A stretch of DNA of 64,000 nt from Candidatus Oxydemutator sp. Its GTDB lineage: Bacteria > Pseudomonadota > Gammaproteobacteria > Poriferisulfidales > Oxydemutatoraceae. The notes beneath the pieces were generated by a model. That model searched no databases. It had not been told where the DNA came from and worked only from the letters and a program-made list of their open reading frames with translations. Each line of letters begins with the position of its first letter. The stretch's first letter is position 1. The DNA lies in assembly GCA_965203445.1 (NCBI GenBank), contig OZ241883.1, positions 64,001 to 128,000 of the forward strand, in the 5' to 3' direction. The translations under genes and the position numbers were made by a program. Positions 58,223-64,000 of the stretch are shown piece by piece.

Positions 58223-59154
58223 GACCAGCGATCCAGCAGCCGCCCCAACGAGGCCCTGGCGCGGCGCATCGGCGTATAGCCGGGCGACGTCTTGACGAGG
58301 TCGCCGACGTGCAGCGCGGCGATCGCGCGCCGCGACAACAGGCTACGGTACGCCAGGTGCGCGGCGCACGCCGAAACCATGGACGGCGCCCCTTCGCCGC
58401 CGGATTGCAGTTCGACGCGCGCGAATGGATAGGCGCGGTTCAGGCGACGATTGACCTTGACCGCGACCAGCGACATGAACAGATCCTCGCCGTTCCACAG
58501 CGGTTCGCTTTTGTCCCTCACCAGGGTCTCGACCAACGGCGCGTAGTCGAAAAATGCGTTCGCCAAGCGCTTCGGAAACAACGCGGCGCCGGTCAGGGCG
58601 TAGGTGACGTCGCCGAAACGCGCACGGTCGCAGTAACGCAGGTTTTTGTCGGGGTCGCGCCCGTAGAGACTGTGGATGAGGTGCGGGTCGCGTGCAAAAC
58701 CGTCGTACAACGCGGACAAGCTCTCCGCGGGCACGATGACGTCGTCATCGAGCGACAACACGACGTCGTTGCGCGCCTCGGCGGCCGCCAGAAAACGACG
58801 CGCCAAGCCATATTTGCGGGCCGCGTCGTGATCGCGCCGATGGACGACGCGGCAGCGCTCGCCGGCGTAATCGAACGCCGTCTCCGGGCGCCCGTGGGAA
58901 ATAATGATTTCGTCGACGTGCGGACACTGCTCGAGCAGCGGCAAAATGACGTGCTTCAGGTTGTAGGCTCTTTCCCAATTCGGGATAACCGCCGAGACGC
59001 CGCCGGGAGGGGATTCGATATTCACGCCGTGACCATGTTTGCGCGCCCGTTCCAATACACTTTCAATACGCGATTTTGAAAAACCGTTCCGGGTCCCGCT
59101 CGGGTTCGACGCAAGTGTATGCACCGCTTTTGCGATAAGGCGCGTCGCGGGCAA
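58219..59154 (-). CDS. GT-A glycosyltransferase, GT64/EXTL2-like (start uncertain)
   Basis: SAVI.NW.R, L.RRF, VLSLDDDV, LTGAALF, NGEDLFMS, and a C-terminal H...RS pattern like the exostosin C-terminal domain. Confidence 0.65.
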   Translation of the reverse strand: MPATRLIAKAVHTLASNPSGTRNGFSKSRIESVLERARKHGHGVNIESPPGGVSAVIPNWERAYNLKHVILPLLEQCPHVDEIIISHGRPETAFDYAGERCRVVHRRDHDAARKYGLARRFLAAAEARNDVVLSLDDDVIVPAESLSALYDGFARDPHLIHSLYGRDPDKNLRYCDRARFGDVTYALTGAALFPKRLANAFFDYAPLVETLVRDKSEPLWNGEDLFMSLVAVKVNRRLNRAYPFARVELQSGGEGAPSMVSACAAHLAYRSLLSRRAIAALHVGDLVKTSPGYTPMRRARASLGRLLDRWS

Positions 59155-59214
59155 GTATAAGCCAAAACCTGCGCGCCGCGCATTGTAGGGTTATCATGCG
59201 CGCATGGCCCCGCA

Positions 59215-61415
<2,201 letters not shown>

Positions 61416-61441
61416 GCGCCACCCATTCGAGGAGAGGTTCG

Positions 61442-64000
61442 ATGCACAACGAAGCCGACAACAGCGACCACACCGAAAAAAACGCGCGGCAAACGCGCGA
61501 AGCGTGGGGCAAAACAAACAACGAGAAAGGCGAATTTCATCCGCTCGCCCATCACTGCATGGACGTCGCGGCGGTGTTCGCACGAATGATGAAACTGCCG
61601 GTCATCCGCAACCGCATGGAAACGGCGGCGGAGCGCCCGTTGACCGACGTGGACAGCGAGCGATTGTCGGCCCTGGTCTTCCTGCACGACGTCGGAAAGT
61701 TGCATCCCGGTTTTCAGGCCAAGGGTTGGCCGCCCGCACTGTGGCGCAGGGAACGATGCGGGCACTCGAAAGAGGGTTGGGCATTCTTGCAGTTAGCCGC
61801 AAGCCTGCCTGAGCATCCATTCCACAAAACCATGCGGGAGATGATGACATGGGGGCAGGCGGTGGTCGGACTCCTCGGCGCCGCCCTGGCACACCACGGG
61901 CAACCCGTTGGTCAACCGACCGACCCAACACTTGTAGATTGGGACCGACCATCCCTGCCCCACTACCAATGGCGCGAGGAAGCAGGCGTCATGGGAAAAG
62001 CCATGCGCAGATGGTTCGCCCGCGCCTTCGAGACGGGAGGTGCGGACTTGCCGGACAAACCACAATTCCACCACCTGGTCGCCGGACTTATCGCGCTCTC
62101 GGACTGGATTGGTTCGGACACGAGATTCTTCAAGTATCAGGCGCCTTTCACCTTGGACTACGACTCCGAGGCGCATGGAAACGCAGCGACGGCGCTGAAA
62201 GAAATCGGATTGGAACTGGATGAGGCGGCTTTCCAGCCTGCGCCGAGTTTTGCGAAGCTGACGGGACATACCAAACCAAATGCGGCGCAGTGTGTGGTGG
62301 GCAACGTCGAGCCGGAGGCGCGGCTTCTGATTCTCGAAGCCGAGACGGGATCGGGCAAGACCGAAGCCGCCCTGTGGCACTTTACGCAACTGCTCGCCGC
62401 CGGCAAAGTGTCCGGCCTTTACTTTGCAGTGCCGACGCGCGCCGCGGCCAGGCAGCTGCACTTGCGCGTCCATAGGATGCTGTCGCATGCGTTCGATGAA
62501 CAATTGCCTGAAGCCGTGTTGGCTATTCCGGGCATGTTGCGAGCGGGAGATTTCGAAGGCCGACGCCTGCCCGATTGGAAAGTCCTGTGGGATGACGCCG
62601 ACTCGCAATCAGCCCCGCGACGATGGGCCGCCGAGCATGCGACGCGGTTCCTGGCAGCGCCGGTCGCCGTCGGCACGGTGGATCAGGCGATGCTCGCAAG
62701 TCTTCAGATAAAACATGCGCACCTGCGAGGCAGTGCGCTGAACCGCAGTCTTCTGGTCATAGACGAGGTTCACGCGTCCGATGCCTACATGACCGAGATT
62801 CTGAAACGGCTCACGGAGGAACATCTGGCCACCGGGGGATACGCGATGCTGATGTCCGCAACGTTAGGCGCACGGGCGAGGTCGCGCTTAACCGGCGAGG
62901 TTCTGCCAAGCTTTAAGGTTGCCAGTGAAACACCTTACCCGGCTGTCTGGATCCAGGGAGAGCCTGGCCCGCGCGCCGTGGCGAGCGCGGAACACCCCAG
63001 GCAGGTACATCTCGAAACCGTCCCGACGATGGATCCGGCGGAGGCGGCAAAGAAAGCGATTGCGGCGGCGGAACGAGGCGCGCGCGTTCTGGTAATCCGG
63101 AACACGGTGGATAAGGTGGTAGAGACTTGGCGCGCGACGAGGGAGGCGGGCAAGAGTTCTCTGCTGTGGCAAGTGGCGGGAGGTCCGGCGCTGCACCATG
63201 GACGTTTTGCGGTCGAGGATCGCGCTCTGCTCGATGAAGCGGTCGAAAAAACACTCGCCCCATATAGATTACGAAAGACGCAGGGTTGCATCGTGATTGG
63301 CACGCAAACACTGGAACAGTCGCTCGATATTGACGCTGACCTGCTCATCACCGATCTTTGCCCGATAGACGTGCTGCTACAACGGATCGGGCGGCTCCAC
63401 CGCCACGACCTGCCCAGGCCAGACGGTTTTGAAACCGCCCACACTTGGATATTATTGCCAGAGAATGGTTTGGAACCTCTCACGAAACCAGATTTCTGTA
63501 ACGGGTTGGGTAGATGGAAAGACAAAGATGGAATTAACGGTATTTATCAGGATCTTGCAGGACTGGAATTGACCAATCGGCTGATCAAGGAAAGTCCCGT
63601 CTGGAGAATACCGGAGATGAATCGCGCATTGGTGGAGGGCGCCACTCACCCGAACTGCATTGAAGCACTAATAATGGAAATGGGGAGAGAATGGGATAAA
63701 TATAACAAGGACTTACATGGTTCCGAAATGGCGCAGAGGATGATCGCCGAGATCAACGTGTTGGATCGAGGGGAGGAGTATGGCGGTGAAAGCTTTCCCA
63801 GTGCAGATGAAAAAATTATGACTCGCCTGGGCGAGGAAGGAGTAATCCTGTCATTCGAGCCATCGCCCGGCCCCTTCGGCAAACCAGTGACCCGAATCGC
63901 TTTGCCGGCACGACGGTCTCATGGAATAATGGAAGAGGACCTGGTAAAAATTGAAAAAGAGGAAAATGGCCTGATTTTATCGGTCGCCGAGAAGCGATTT
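61442..64000 (+). CDS. cas3: CRISPR-associated HD nuclease/helicase Cas3 (type I, probably I-E); runs off the right edge
   Basis: Manual translation from ATG 61442 (GGAGAGG RBS): WGK...HPLAHHCMDV, LHDVGK, AHHG, SDWIGS, EAETGSGKTE, VGTVDQ, IDEVH, MSATL, IRNTV, TQTLEQSLDIDAD, QRIGRLHRH. Confidence 0.92.
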   Translation, partial: MHNEADNSDHTEKNARQTREAWGKTNNEKGEFHPLAHHCMDVAAVFARMMKLPVIRNRMETAAERPLTDVDSERLSALVFLHDVGKLHPGFQAKGWPPALWRRERCGHSKEGWAFLQLAASLPEHPFHKTMREMMTWGQAVVGLLGAALAHHGQPVGQPTDPTLVDWDRPSLPHYQWREEAGVMGKAMRRWFARAFETGGADLPDKPQFHHLVAGLIALSDWIGSDTRFFKYQAPFTLDYDSEAHGNAATALKEIGLELDEAAFQPAPSFAKLTGHTKPNAAQCVVGNVEPEARLLILEAETGSGKTEAALWHFTQLLAAGKVSGLYFAVPTRAAARQLHLRVHRMLSHAFDEQLPEAVLAIPGMLRAGDFEGRRLPDWKVLWDDADSQSAPRRWAAEHATRFLAAPVAVGTVDQAMLASLQIKHAHLRGSALNRSLLVIDEVHASDAYMTEILKRLTEEHLATGGYAMLMSATLGARARSRLTGEVLPSFKVASETPYPAVWIQGEPGPRAVASAEHPRQVHLETVPTMDPAEAAKKAIAAAERGARVLVIRNTVDKVVETWRATREAGKSSLLWQVAGGPALHHGRFAVEDRALLDEAVEKTLAPYRLRKTQGCIVIGTQTLEQSLDIDADLLITDLCPIDVLLQRIGRLHRHDLPRPDGFETAHTWILLPENGLEPLTKPDFCNGLGRWKDKDGINGIYQDLAGLELTNRLIKESPVWRIPEMNRALVEGATHPNCIEALIMEMGREWDKYNKDLHGSEMAQRMIAEINVLDRGEEYGGESFPSADEKIMTRLGEEGVILSFEPSPGPFGKPVTRIALPARRSHGIMEEDLVKIEKEENGLILSVAEKRF

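Overview
High-GC gammaproteobacterial chromosome segment (taxonomy inferred from gene content and order). It is mostly housekeeping: nagZ/coaX/birA, yceIJ, glnS, tsaB-dinG, ispDF-ftsB, rib genes, nrdR, glyA, alr-dnaB-rplI-rpsR-rpsF, rnr, rsmI-lpoA-yraN-gmhA, the mrdA-rodA-mltB-rlpA-dac cluster, ppa, grxD, queG, rluB-scpBA-trpS, ffs-dnaX-recR and queA-tgt, plus tRNA-Thr(TGT), tRNA-Leu(CAG) and SRP RNA. Small accessory inserts sit at junctions of these operons, with no integrase or transposase in the window. (1) A lower-GC two-gene unit, a PHP/ABC-ATPase (Ppl/TrlF-like) followed by a Schlafen(AlbA_2)-HATPase, occurs twice: intact at 7.7-11.6 kb and with the ATPase reduced to a 3' stump at 49.6-51.1 kb. 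This is the best candidate for an undescribed defence system. (2) An orphan NHLP-leader (proteusin-like) RiPP precursor lies inside the rpsF-rpsR-rplI region. (3) A ~1.26-kb tandem duplication gives two DUF288/STELLO-like glycosyltransferases with conserved ends, divergent centres and a 23-nt poly-G tract. (4) Further scattered glycan genes are a GT11 fucosyltransferase and a GT64/EXTL-like enzyme with a sulfotransferase. (5) A hendecad-repeat coiled-coil PD-(D/E)XK protein is present. (6) A type I cas3 begins after tgt and runs off the window. All calls come from reading motifs by eye; no searches were run.
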